Shown: one piece after another, positions 48,801-56,246 of the stretch
How positions within the stretch are numbered: position 1 is the first letter of the stretch
How the letters are laid out: every line of letters begins with the position of its first letter
Virus record (IMG/VR): IMGVR_UViG_3300036719_003654
Source of the DNA: an uncultured virus (IMG/VR IMGVR_UViG_3300036719_003654)
Lineage: Duplodnaviria; Heunggongvirae; Uroviricota; Caudoviricetes
Strand: one strand, 5' to 3'
Length of the DNA stretch: 64,000 bases
The notes under the pieces: generated by a model
What the model saw: only the letters and a program-made list of their open reading frames with translations
Told to the model about the DNA's origin: nothing
Database searches by the model: none
Made by a program: the position numbers and the translations under genes

Positions 48801-50146
48801 CCAAGCGCACTCGCGAAATTCTTAACGCCGGGCTGACCGAGGCAGACCAGATGGCTGCTTCTGAAGTAGGAGACATCGCCGCATTCCAGAACGATCCGAC
48901 GGGGTTGTTTGGCGGACTCTACCATGCGGTTAAGTCAGGCTTGTCTTCCGCAGTCCGCAGTCTGGACCAAGTTGCACAAGATGAGGAAGCTGCCAAGATC
49001 ACGCGAGCGTTCGCCGCAGTGACGGCAGGCAGCGTCCACGCCCTCACCGGCACGAGGTTCATGCGCTTCGGCTTCAACCTCGGCAACGAGTTCATGCGCT
49101 ACATGCCCGGCTCGTGGCTGCTGAACAAAGGCACCAACATCCTCGGCAGCAAACTCAGCCCGATGCAGCAGGATATGCTGATTGGTAAGAACGTGGTCGG
49201 GGGCATTCTGCTTGCCACTCTCTATTCTCTGTTTGGAGACGACGACGAATCCGAGGACGGCAAGTGGCACATGGAAGGTCCGTGGAACGATCTCAGTCTC
49301 GGTGAGCAGTCTTCCCGCCTGAGCGCGGGATTGGCGAAGAACTCCTTTTGGCGCAGGAAAGACGGCAAGATTGAGCGCATCAGCTATGCACAATGGCCGA
49401 CTGCCGGACTTCTAGCCGCTGTGGGAAGCATGCTCGACGAGAAACGCTACAAGCCTGAAGACTGGAATCAGCGCGGAGTAGCGGGACACATTCTTCAAGG
49501 CGCTGTCACTGGGCTGTTTCAAGTCCAAGATGCTGCCGCCATGCAGCAGGTTGCCGAACTTTTCAGCACCTCGTCCTCGTACGGGGCGGCACAAGGGATG
49601 CCGGAGAAAGTCATTAAAATGGGTACGAACTACCTTGGGGGTCTGGTACCCACATCCGTCAAAGATTTGGACAAGTGGCAAGACCCACGCAATTTCCGGG
49701 CAGACGGCGTCTGGGAAAAGCTCGTCCGCGAGATGCCTGTCGCACGTCGATTTGTCAACGATGGGCGTCCGCAGTTCAACCGCATCGGTCAAGATGTCCG
49801 ACTCCACCGCGAGCCTTACAGCCGTCTCTACACAACTGACGAAGCAGACAAGGCGACTGTGGCCTACGGGCAGTTACTCGCGAGGGGTATCGACTTTCCT
49901 ACACCGAGCACCAAACGTCAGATCATCAAGGACGGCAAGAAGGTGCCTATGGACACCCTCGGCAAAGGAGTTACTTACGACTTCGAGAAAGCGGTCGCTC
50001 TCAGCTATGGCAAGTTCTTGCAGGAGAACGGCGAGCGGATCACAGGAATGTCCACCAAGGCGCTCGACAAACTGATTCGTGATCGGGCCACGCGCATCCT
50101 CGACATCGAGACCCGCAAGGTTCAAGCGAAAGTCAACAACCCATGA
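39878..50146 (+). CDS. Giant polyvalent/ejection protein (lyase-like, zincin peptidase and ART-like domains)
   Basis: GWKLHLSV (about 41423), LHEALHH (about 44705), VYHGT...GYQGI...FEPNQIKS (about 45284-45640). Confidence 0.8.
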   Translation: MADTPSWLAEYPEAAEKDWLNEYPEAKDEPFFDLSDTLSAAGQAVTGLPTTVPRAFRQLYEGLENPWERGEGYLKSQEAADAYQQELEAANLEAEKSGDISTMSRGMRQAGQSLGFSAGAMGAGLIASTPSAAAGRTIGGLAGPEGAVAGEIIGRGAGALASGYGAAYRMAGAQFLDDARKEIDAKFLQVTGELPNEQQQEEAYQELLPLAQAFGHAEAGPEAIGNLAMAGAGKYVFGLGRKTIEKLAASALGKTGAAAGALGTELAGETITGVEQNRIDSQKKDILEGRDPSELPSREMEDYLKSFKEVAPATLATMGLMSVAPATVKAASLIRGKPAEAAPTDDFAQRAAMEGAVGEATPVEVEGVVIATIPPESDMTPEDVLDFANSPEDMAMLARNGKITLPEVVEPIDGVDPAITEEMDARLAEGKASGLADQTLAELERQKAAQGAPAPTAEAPAPTAPVELPDVESGIIDARIDLPRLQAAIQQKPDGKTSGPRVTDVVANNDFAKNGGWKLHLSVTPENYQAVDEWLHKNHKGQYKLLSGGSPEEGSDFTVYVGHKDAANDLASKIESEIGNLLNPFESGPAKDAQFNAKVGGRFDVARTGNIKDVPWNYAGMSGVPFDETAMEAINNIGEAPKTREQFAAKAAPEIERINKQLVAKYGDRYTGSKTPAPVAEAPAPTAETLGVTAPLAPTLETPEGAARNADMLRQAAARVAGTERGPRVGLIPQPSVKLNLTPDETSGTGAAMKEENQQTESGVVHKAAVLSSINSKSSVSAEAVDTYKIALPEGYVKQGDLYVFKSPAATEGAVMPGGSAPAPATTLSRGKPRESIVFKTPVKTPLGEVVGYSWSSQLVEDVDNMGEPVLRRISNWEEATNNAETGRDIVHKFLIRKPDGTTSEVSLESTFGKMTDSDKKTIKAVVSAAKRLPFMRAELAELQDLQKQAEADYQRTQKLTPDPTKLELREPDVKWRAEKGDKVAYLGGVFIGFVESGNINAKGELANKAKFVYDNAWKWQGAQRKVQMTEAQKDRLKSLTRNVKKAEELLKSENVEVAKVITDEQPTSLAEAGPPAAEMKTPSATADQPAPISKEEPTNTQRGQRGRVAVGVPPRDTGATDTPKRPSLGSTGKQIIDAWRSLQGVQVAPGETVVGWDVNGGGTYAFINNKLVKLKRDNKGFESTYTDATDADWQEVSDALDRGALQVEVRKITGLGNYPKVDAGKTVKVLHQATGKPLQEFLDTPEGAAYEARMQKAVAERGPKESPAPQAQQPAPQRDTSKPEQMTPEEFASSERDPELPKNYVLSDGNGNFVTEEKNGWFRVWRLTGTHATLAGTVGFKGAEGLAKAKARLKEVSAERHEEKLQNGLRTKKPVSAAAVDAYGIKLPEGYVKQGDLYIFQPSSEKSDLGAGAATTPSTEPLKVTTPEAGKSPQTAKVATEWTPTVNAPAAFTANNGQKLVGTVQSIEGGKAVVSFSWNGQTQKATVRPDRLSSPVASLTDPPRYQYTQEQNTRKMAKHFPSAPGVHANHDFRKSFASMAKDASLSRIYRQIAKELSKMSAFANVDLHVVADENTRYAGEYSHSNGKSAIAVNLRQVGRGMVDALGTILHEALHHVTLAKVRDPQGAWENEVFNKLDTIREKVLEYAKEKGLYDRLDYELDTVEEFISALTNPNFQNFLASIPDSFSTGVSVGKFRSVLSEVFRLIAEWIKGEPVARGSTMEQYFTTVLATFETPHRAWDTGKLEALNAVQSGAQQATPESIRHAELEAKFNAGTITPEETAEARRLVGERAKAAGYDVGPVYHGTEQKGLTEFYGGWWSDTKKVTREFGSQRYSAYLKGPLADGDTLRQLYKEYNGTDIDQDSDEPLYDSEIGDAAMAGSKFQELVRSKGYQGIEVWDESNAETGMAYAVFEPNQIKSADPFTGVPLDQRFDEKSNDIRASRAEGRGYRSPTDMLAEAAQKARGETVGTKPQGLASMFNPQAKRPATGERKLLDMPQTINLPQADSKLIANAYREAVRGSSTQMAPLSTVYAQARLLQPGLTPETFLAQVQEGYDNGTLLLEGAGSQQEAAQSSLSLPGTPVGTAVRMMPAPQGTLKSKADDGEPPIIDIGGEAEPADGPEFAFTRARFAPPKPEDQMYQVHSDEEATKKAFAWINAVGPLRAADLLMADRAPSDMDLNVKNIVMGGLLKGFTEISIDPNASEDEKTVARATNQRLGKYRVRMNQDAARGMRQIGVQNGAVLQLIAPILAVEEVLADHGEKILEDQFEGGSEGAAPRVAGAAETATAEADERLENIIRRLMGSLRPKQTSVGALARMFRGMGQRDQIIDEVAKALMLKARGNVVAPERKTALANLVSSLKSTLAASVKGEKKPAPERTLQDLLTSAFVNQVSEGPAFESAWKEGRQKVLDMLIDMELDKTFHPAQKRLADLRAKLTYLEAGSAEQQEASAAERAQLADQIKVAKVETKAAMDAVKAMTPQLEAQRDALMPAAPTVAFDPVSSREAIGRAFEKAGYTADLATGLDKSGKRTLSIKDALLNRQRAADAVIKVFDAEMQVPDAATQNDWPQARALALKAVNETLDSWQAQTDADKVAKLEAAKQSLLSEDSKALEKLVNSIRNRILPDSDWSDILYDLPRTQAERLAAIKDRVAKHEALKNLTPDESKKLAESIDKLWQRERLKAFQDELFKAGVLKAKTTKAVANVASAAPELLRLMNLGVFNSSTFREAISKRFGLKLLTGVQADALRKLAAEAWGSPQGVLRNQKLGQLVEGIQHATGANWADVMNSYWIASVLSGLRTHFDTWGGVVNGLGTNLIQAGVQLSKGRGVAAFDIQAQWWKGLFTGLNEALYLLRTGDPSFTKRFEADLIDALNGEKTAHPIAIGEKMWKSGSLLQKIPGALMMVVGRSMVAADHVNNTATTQGAMAVARAMNPELYEGKTSWTQKEIADARKQAIAEATAGAEPATKFERMLVAKRTREILNAGLTEADQMAASEVGDIAAFQNDPTGLFGGLYHAVKSGLSSAVRSLDQVAQDEEAAKITRAFAAVTAGSVHALTGTRFMRFGFNLGNEFMRYMPGSWLLNKGTNILGSKLSPMQQDMLIGKNVVGGILLATLYSLFGDDDESEDGKWHMEGPWNDLSLGEQSSRLSAGLAKNSFWRRKDGKIERISYAQWPTAGLLAAVGSMLDEKRYKPEDWNQRGVAGHILQGAVTGLFQVQDAAAMQQVAELFSTSSSYGAAQGMPEKVIKMGTNYLGGLVPTSVKDLDKWQDPRNFRADGVWEKLVREMPVARRFVNDGRPQFNRIGQDVRLHREPYSRLYTTDEADKATVAYGQLLARGIDFPTPSTKRQIIKDGKKVPMDTLGKGVTYDFEKAVALSYGKFLQENGERITGMSTKALDKLIRDRATRILDIETRKVQAKVNNP

Positions 50147-50730
50147 AACGCCCCTTCAACGAAACTGTGGTCCCGCCTGGAGGTGGCTGGAAATACACCG
50201 ACCCCGTCACCGGAGTTCCCGTGTCGTCCAACTCCCTGACCGTCATGCTCCAGCAGGTGAAGGCGCAGCGCGTTGCCAATGGTGTCGAGGTCGGGAGTGG
50301 CTGGGAGCATGTGGTGCTCGACGAGATGTGCGAGCAGAACCCCGGCTTCCGGTGCATCGAGGCTGGAGCGCCCGAGATCCACATGACGGGGGACGACGTG
50401 AAGCGGTTCCTGCTCACACTTCAAGAGCTGTACGGCAATGAGTTGGTCAGTGACGAAGAGCATCGCCGCCGCGCCGACATCTGCCTGTCATGCCCCAAGA
50501 TGGCTGACGTTGCCTGCACGTTCCCGTGCGGTTGGGTGAGCAAGAAGTTGACCGAGATGCTCGGTGGTCGGAAGATTCACCGGCCTGCGGAGCTATATAA
50601 AAAGGGGTGCAGTGCTTGCGGCTGCGACGTGTCGAGCAAAACATACTACCCCCTCGACGTGCTCAAATCTGTGGACGTGAAGCTGGGGAAGCAGCCGGAC
50701 TACTGGGAGAATTGCTGGATGCGGGAGTGA
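50143..50730 (+). CDS. Cys-rich hypothetical protein
   Basis: PPGGGWKY domain plus RRADICLSCP...CSACGC. Confidence 0.75.
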   Translation: MKRPFNETVVPPGGGWKYTDPVTGVPVSSNSLTVMLQQVKAQRVANGVEVGSGWEHVVLDEMCEQNPGFRCIEAGAPEIHMTGDDVKRFLLTLQELYGNELVSDEEHRRRADICLSCPKMADVACTFPCGWVSKKLTEMLGGRKIHRPAELYKKGCSACGCDVSSKTYYPLDVLKSVDVKLGKQPDYWENCWMRE

Positions 50731-51124
50731 TCCTCTTCTGGATCAAGAACTGCCGTTGCTCCGAGTCGTCACATAGCTGGGCCAGCAGGTTCTTGGTGCC
50801 TTCGGTGGCTTTCGGCATCTCCGACACGAGGACGGCGCACAGGTTCTTCTCACCTGACAGGAGATCAGCAAACAGCTTTTCCGGGGAGTGCTCGTTCGGG
50901 TGGAACGCGGCTTTCGTGGCAGCGTCCATCCCCAGCTTGGCGAGGTCCATCTTGCTGCCGAGACCAACAGCCCGTTCAACCACCGAATCGTAGGCCGCGT
51001 CGTAGGCTTCGTAAAACTTCCCGAACGTCTTGTGGTCGGCGAAGAACGTCGGCCCTTGCGTGTCGTGATGGGCGCGTTGGGCAAACAGACGCAGGGTGAG
51101 CAGTTGGAGGGCGGCGAGGTCCAT
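50663..51124 (-). CDS. Dps/ferritin-like protein
   Basis: AHHDTQGPTFFADHKTFGKFYE...DSVVER; own promoter TTGACC-N17-TACAAT at about 51133-51161. Confidence 0.8.
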   Translation of the reverse strand: MDLAALQLLTLRLFAQRAHHDTQGPTFFADHKTFGKFYEAYDAAYDSVVERAVGLGSKMDLAKLGMDAATKAAFHPNEHSPEKLFADLLSGEKNLCAVLVSEMPKATEGTKNLLAQLCDDSEQRQFLIQKRITPASSNSPSSPAASPASRPQI

Positions 51125-51328
51125 GGTGGCGGATTGTAGTGGAGCCGGGGTGATGGGTCAACCCTTTGCAAGTGTCATGGAAGGTGCAGCCAAACCCAGC
51201 GATACCATACCCGTATAAATAGTTGCCTTTGAACGGTTTTTATCTCAGGGCAGAACAGCCACACCAGAGTAGCCGCCCACATAGCAAGGAGCCTGCGCAT
51301 TGGTCTGGTGATGGGGAAGTGCATAAAA

Positions 51329-52552
51329 TCAAGCCTCCGTGATCGGGATGGTGTTCTGCACCCAGCCAGCTTTGGCTACGGCATATCCGTTGATCGAGAA
51401 CGTGCCGATGAGGTAGGCCACATCAACTTCCAGCTTCTCCGCCAAGTCGTTGACGCGCATCTTCTTGCCACCGAGGGCGGCTTCGATGTCGGCGCGGGTG
51501 ATTTTCTTGACGGGTTTGACCTCGGGGGTTTTGATCTTCACCTCCTCGGGCAACTCGGTAACAGTGACGACGGGTGCCTTCGTGACGGTGTGAGCCGGAG
51601 GCTCGGGAGCCTTCACTGGGATGACCTCGGTAGGCTTCTCATCGTCGCCCCAGAAGGCGTCATCTTGGGCCGGGTTCGTGGCAGCCTCGACCACGTTTTC
51701 TGCCGCCTGCCGAAAGGACTCGACATCCACCTCAACAGTAGTCGTCTCCACGCTCCAACCGCTTCCCAACGTCCGCGCTTTTTCCCCACGTCCCAACACG
51801 ATGTCAGCCAGCGACCCGTCTTTGCAGCCATGCACCAGCACGGCCTTGGGGCTGACGACACCACCGCGAGGACGCACCACACGGCTGCCGTGATCCACGG
51901 ACTCACAGACGAGGTTGGTTCCTTCCATGTGGTAGTTCTGCGTGGACCACATGTCGCTGATGAGTTCGGTGTGCGACACGCCGATGTTGCGGATAGGCCA
52001 GCGAAGGTACACGTCGAACGGTTCACGCGGGTTCATCGTGTAAGGTTTGGCGAGATCGAGCAGCAGCGGCTTGATCCGTTCGTCCTTCTCCATGTTGGCG
52101 GGGTAGATGCCGGTGCCCATCATCATCTGATCGCCGTCCTTGTAGGCGATCTGTCCGTTCACGTTGAACGGCGTGTTGACGAGGACGCCACGGAACGGGG
52201 TGCCGCCGTAGCGGTAGTCCTCGAACAGGGCGACCGCCCAGCGCGGCTTCACCGGCAGCATGTCTAACTCCATCCACAAGAAGGGATCGGTATTGCCCAT
52301 CTTGGCGAGTGCGAAGACCACGCTGGCGAAGTGTCGGTTGCAGGCGACAGGCGCTCCACCCTCGAAGTCCTGAGTCAGCGGGTAGGTTTCCGCGCCCAGA
52401 CGCTCGGCATGCTCATAGGCGGTGTCCTTGGCGGCAGATGTGGGGAAGAAGATGACGGGATGCTCTTCCAACCCGCCGAGCTTGAGCAGGCATTCGGTGA
52501 GGTCGGGCAGCAGGTGCTTGTCGTGGGCGGATACGGGGATGGCGATTTTCAT
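51329..52552 (-). CDS. GT-A-like domain, acidic linker (DDAFWG) and C-terminal HTH-like domain
   Basis: FLWMELDMLP...MMGTGIYP; KMRVNDLAEKLEV. Confidence 0.5.
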   Translation of the reverse strand: MKIAIPVSAHDKHLLPDLTECLLKLGGLEEHPVIFFPTSAAKDTAYEHAERLGAETYPLTQDFEGGAPVACNRHFASVVFALAKMGNTDPFLWMELDMLPVKPRWAVALFEDYRYGGTPFRGVLVNTPFNVNGQIAYKDGDQMMMGTGIYPANMEKDERIKPLLLDLAKPYTMNPREPFDVYLRWPIRNIGVSHTELISDMWSTQNYHMEGTNLVCESVDHGSRVVRPRGGVVSPKAVLVHGCKDGSLADIVLGRGEKARTLGSGWSVETTTVEVDVESFRQAAENVVEAATNPAQDDAFWGDDEKPTEVIPVKAPEPPAHTVTKAPVVTVTELPEEVKIKTPEVKPVKKITRADIEAALGGKKMRVNDLAEKLEVDVAYLIGTFSINGYAVAKAGWVQNTIPITEA

Positions 52553-53040
52553 GGTTCAGGCGTTGAGGCGTTAAAGAGTTTGGCTGGGTACAAAGTAGTT
52601 AAGAAATAACCCAAAGAGCAAAAAGGGTTGTCTTGTTTGTCTATTCGGTTGACCCACCTTACTTCCAGGATGTCTTCCGGCATCAAGTTTTCGGGAGTGG
52701 ATAGGGCTTGAGCAAAAGCGTCGAGAGTAGTTTTTTTCGGGTTCTCGTCTTTGCACAGATAGGTAATATCCAGATATGTCCTCCCGACCTCAACGGCTTC
52801 ACGCCTACCCACGCTCTGAGGCAAACGCAGAGTCCTGTTTTTTATGCACAGGTTGTGCAAGAAGCGGTTGAGAGGAGTGTCTTCGCTGACAGAATCCGCA
52901 AACACTTTTTCCGCCACGAGGGCATACTCCTCGCGATCTTTCTCAGTCTCCTCAGACAGATCAGGACCACCAGTCTGCACCCATTTCCAGTCTGATAGAC
53001 CGGATCGGGTGAATTTCATAGGCTCTTTGGAAGTACTCAT
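52549..53040 (-). CDS. Hypothetical protein
   Basis: ATGA-coupled; AT-richer than its neighbours. Confidence 0.6.
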   Translation of the reverse strand: MSTSKEPMKFTRSGLSDWKWVQTGGPDLSEETEKDREEYALVAEKVFADSVSEDTPLNRFLHNLCIKNRTLRLPQSVGRREAVEVGRTYLDITYLCKDENPKKTTLDAFAQALSTPENLMPEDILEVRWVNRIDKQDNPFCSLGYFLTTLYPAKLFNASTPEP

Positions 53041-53402
53041 GGTGCGAGAACGTGTTGGGGGATTCGTAGATATTCTCCGTTGGCGAAGTTGTATCGGTTC
53101 GGGTTCGCGTCGGCCAACACTCCGGGGCGCGACTTGGACATGCCAATAGATAAAGGCTCGTCTTGCCCCTTCCTCCGAAATCTCAGCAACAATCTCGCCG
53201 ACCCTTTCTCTTCCACCGTTTGGCGCATCTCAACAGAGAGAGCACTGCTAAAGATCACCACGTCCTCATAAGCCGCTGTCAGATACTCAGGGTTGACCAC
53301 ATACTTTGCCGCTTTCGGCAGAGCAGGCACCAAGCCGGTGATCTCCATGGCTGCGGCACACGCTGCCCCGGCAAGGAGTTTGAAGATGGAGCGACGGTTC
53401 AT
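53037..53402 (-). CDS. Protein with a twin-arginine-like signal
   Basis: MNRRSIFKLLAGAACAAA. Confidence 0.65.
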   Translation of the reverse strand: MNRRSIFKLLAGAACAAAMEITGLVPALPKAAKYVVNPEYLTAAYEDVVIFSSALSVEMRQTVEEKGSARLLLRFRRKGQDEPLSIGMSKSRPGVLADANPNRYNFANGEYLRIPQHVLAP

Positions 53403-54397
53403 AGGCTGTAATTTTCAAGAGCTTGTTGTACGCGGAGAAACTGGGCCTGCCCCCCGTGATCCGCAAAGAAGGCGGGGCATCGTTCGACATTGGCGTCGTA
53501 CACGGCGTCCTCGGCATCATCAATAGTGAGATTCTCCCTCTTCGCAACTTCTCTCACCAAAAGTTCAAAGCAGGGTGAAGCTCCACCGTTGTAGCGCCAG
53601 TTCCCCGGTGGCGTGGTGTGGATTTTCTTCTCCGTCTTGGGGCGGACTCCGCGCAGCACGGTGCCGTCTGGCAGCGTGACCACGCCGTCAGCGACATGGG
53701 AGGCGTTGGGGCGGACGTAGATGCAGTCGGGGAAGCCCAGATGAGTCTCTTGAATGAGGTTGTGTTTCAGCCCTTCGGCGATGGCGTTGGCACAGGACTG
53801 GTTGCCGATGAACAGGTCAGACCCTTTGATCAGCCGCGCCACCTCCAACATGTCTGTGGTGGGCTGGAACTCGACGTAGCCGTGGTGGCCGATGAACTCG
53901 CGCCACTCGTGATGCAGTCCGACGAAGAGCAGACGGTTGCGGAGATGAGCCACGATCTCTTTCCACGGGAACCGCTCGTTGCGATAGCGCCCGGTGCGGT
54001 TGATCACCACACGCCCTTTGGAGCGCGGCGACGGTTCGACGCCGTACAGCCACGGCTCGTCGGCGGTGAAGTTCTGCCCGATGCTGTGCGTCTTGATGAG
54101 GTGGTTGAGGTGCGCCCGCATGAGCGTCTCGCCTTTGGTGTAGTGACGTTCGCGGAAGCCCTCGCTCTTCCAGTCCACCGGGTCGCCCGGCTGGATGATC
54201 TGGATGTCCGCGATGTAGGGTTGCAGCTTCACCAGTGGTGCCAGCAGATCATACATGCGTTGCACGCCTTCCGGTCCTTTGGCCTTGGTCGAAGACGATG
54301 AACGCAGGCACAGGGTGTGTGGGCCGTCGGGGATCTGTTTGAGCAGACACAGCGCAAACACCACATCGCCAATGTCACCTGTAGAAGAAATTTTCAT
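53399..54397 (-). CDS. GT9-like (GT-B) glycosyltransferase
   Basis: TGDIGDVV; DMLEVARLIKGSDLFIGNQS. Confidence 0.75.
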   Translation of the reverse strand: MKISSTGDIGDVVFALCLLKQIPDGPHTLCLRSSSSTKAKGPEGVQRMYDLLAPLVKLQPYIADIQIIQPGDPVDWKSEGFRERHYTKGETLMRAHLNHLIKTHSIGQNFTADEPWLYGVEPSPRSKGRVVINRTGRYRNERFPWKEIVAHLRNRLLFVGLHHEWREFIGHHGYVEFQPTTDMLEVARLIKGSDLFIGNQSCANAIAEGLKHNLIQETHLGFPDCIYVRPNASHVADGVVTLPDGTVLRGVRPKTEKKIHTTPPGNWRYNGGASPCFELLVREVAKRENLTIDDAEDAVYDANVERCPAFFADHGGQAQFLRVQQALENYSL

Positions 54398-54441
54398 GTG
54401 TTGGGGGATATTTCTTATTTCGTCATAAAATCTCCCCACGG

Positions 54442-55668
54442 TCAAATGAAGTTCTTATGCCGTGGCTCCGGCCCCACTGGCTGCGGGTCAGCCCCTTTCC
54501 AGATAGCGTCCAAGGCGCGGTTCTGCGTGCCGAACACGCATTTCTGGCAATGCACCATCGGGTCGATCAGCGAACGCACAGGCTGCTCGTAGAGTTCATG
54601 AATGGTGTCCCAGCGTCCGATGACGTAGGCGCTGCCGCCCTGTGAACGGTTGGCTTGATCCAAAAGGGTTACGCTATCGCAGGGTGTCACGTCGCCGGAA
54701 GGCCATAACACGGGATGTGAATAACCAAGCAGACAACAGGTGTGGGGGGCTGGCGGCTTGTACTGCACCATGATGCGAGGGTCCACTTCCAACGCCAGTT
54801 GTTCCAACTCGATGCACCGTTCCGGGATCTTCTGAATCTCGTAGCAGTTCGGCAGCGCACGGATGTAGGTGAACGGTTTGGTGGAAAGCAACTCCTTCAA
54901 TTTCTGCTTTATGAACGGGAGGCGGTCCTTGCCATAGGTCACGCGCTCCGCTTCATCGCCTGCGAGCAAAGGAGTTTGAAGGTCTTCGGGACGACTGACT
55001 TTTCCGTGCCGGTCGAGCGGATCTTTGTAGGAGTCGTGATACACCCAGCTTCCGCCAAGAGCAGTCAGTTCTGGATTGATGTCAGGCACTTCCACTTCCT
55101 CACCATGGTCCCACGCGCTGAGAGAGATGCGAATCCATGTCAACTTATCCAAGGTTTCAGGCCGAACGGTTCTCCAAGAGGTCCGGCCATCGGGATACTG
55201 CACCATGTTCTTGAGGCCGTTGCTGATCAGCCCGATTTGCAGACCTTTGCCATGCAGCGTGTCCACCAAGTCGTCGAAATCGTAGCCCTTTTCGCGGTCC
55301 TTCCACAATATGGGGTTCCCTCCCCCGCTCAGAATAACGGCTTTCAAACCCAATGGAATGAGCTGATCCACATATGTTTCCACCTGATGCAATGTCAGGG
55401 CGGCGTTGCCTCGGTTGGCAGTAGAACAGAAAGAACACTTGTGCTGGCAGGCGTCTCCCACAAAAATCCCGCTCACCTTGGGCACTCCTTTGCCTTGATG
55501 CAGCCCCTCGATGATGTCGCGGTGCCAAGGGATTTTGGATGAGGTGCTGGTGAACTCGTTGAGCAAATCCTTCATGGACTCAGGAGTCTCGTGATTACAC
55601 GTCTCTGAGTCGCCGGGGATGGTGTCCAGTTCGGGCTTGTCGGCGATGGCGGAAGGGAGGGTGTTCAT
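54442..55668 (-). CDS. Radical SAM protein with SPASM/twitch-like C-terminus
   Basis: CQHKCSFC, LSGGGNP, LISNG, GDVTPC, CQKC. Confidence 0.9.
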   Translation of the reverse strand: MNTLPSAIADKPELDTIPGDSETCNHETPESMKDLLNEFTSTSSKIPWHRDIIEGLHQGKGVPKVSGIFVGDACQHKCSFCSTANRGNAALTLHQVETYVDQLIPLGLKAVILSGGGNPILWKDREKGYDFDDLVDTLHGKGLQIGLISNGLKNMVQYPDGRTSWRTVRPETLDKLTWIRISLSAWDHGEEVEVPDINPELTALGGSWVYHDSYKDPLDRHGKVSRPEDLQTPLLAGDEAERVTYGKDRLPFIKQKLKELLSTKPFTYIRALPNCYEIQKIPERCIELEQLALEVDPRIMVQYKPPAPHTCCLLGYSHPVLWPSGDVTPCDSVTLLDQANRSQGGSAYVIGRWDTIHELYEQPVRSLIDPMVHCQKCVFGTQNRALDAIWKGADPQPVGPEPRHKNFI

Positions 55669-56246
55669 AGAGGTTTCCGTGCCCACATCTCCAACGAGAA
55701 GATACGGCGGTTAAGTTTTGGCACGATCTCGGCAACCGTGGGCGAGTGGTTCTCGTCTGAGTTGACAAGGAGATGGACGTGGTGTGAGGGGAAACCTGCG
55801 CGGACAAAATGTGCCCACATGGAATCCTCTGTGAAGATTTGAGCGTGCTGGTCAAACCACAAAGCTGCCTCGAACCACGTTGGGATAGGGTTCGGTGGAT
55901 CTGTCACCTCGAACAAACGAGGCCAGTTCTCGTTGCGGTCCTCGTCGTGGACAGAACGGAAGTAGGTGGCGTCTGGCACGCTCACCAGTATCACGCCACC
56001 AGGGTTGAGCACTCGCAGCACTTCCTTCATCACCTTGACCGCTTCACGGCAGTCCATGTGCTCCAGAACATGGCTGCACAAACAGCCGTCAAACGAGTTG
56101 TCGGGAAAAGGGAGTGGCTGGCGCAGATCGTGCCGGACGAAGTTCGGCTCGTTGATCTCATGACCACCGCCCTCCCAGTTGTCGAGGTTGACCCAGATGT
56201 TGTCGATGGGTCTTGTTGACCCGGCTCCGAGGTTGAGAATTTTCAT
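55665..56246 (-). CDS. Class I SAM methyltransferase
   Basis: LNLGAG, LPFPDNSFD, SHVLEH, RVLNPGG. Confidence 0.9.
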   Translation of the reverse strand: MKILNLGAGSTRPIDNIWVNLDNWEGGGHEINEPNFVRHDLRQPLPFPDNSFDGCLCSHVLEHMDCREAVKVMKEVLRVLNPGGVILVSVPDATYFRSVHDEDRNENWPRLFEVTDPPNPIPTWFEAALWFDQHAQIFTEDSMWAHFVRAGFPSHHVHLLVNSDENHSPTVAEIVPKLNRRIFSLEMWARKPL

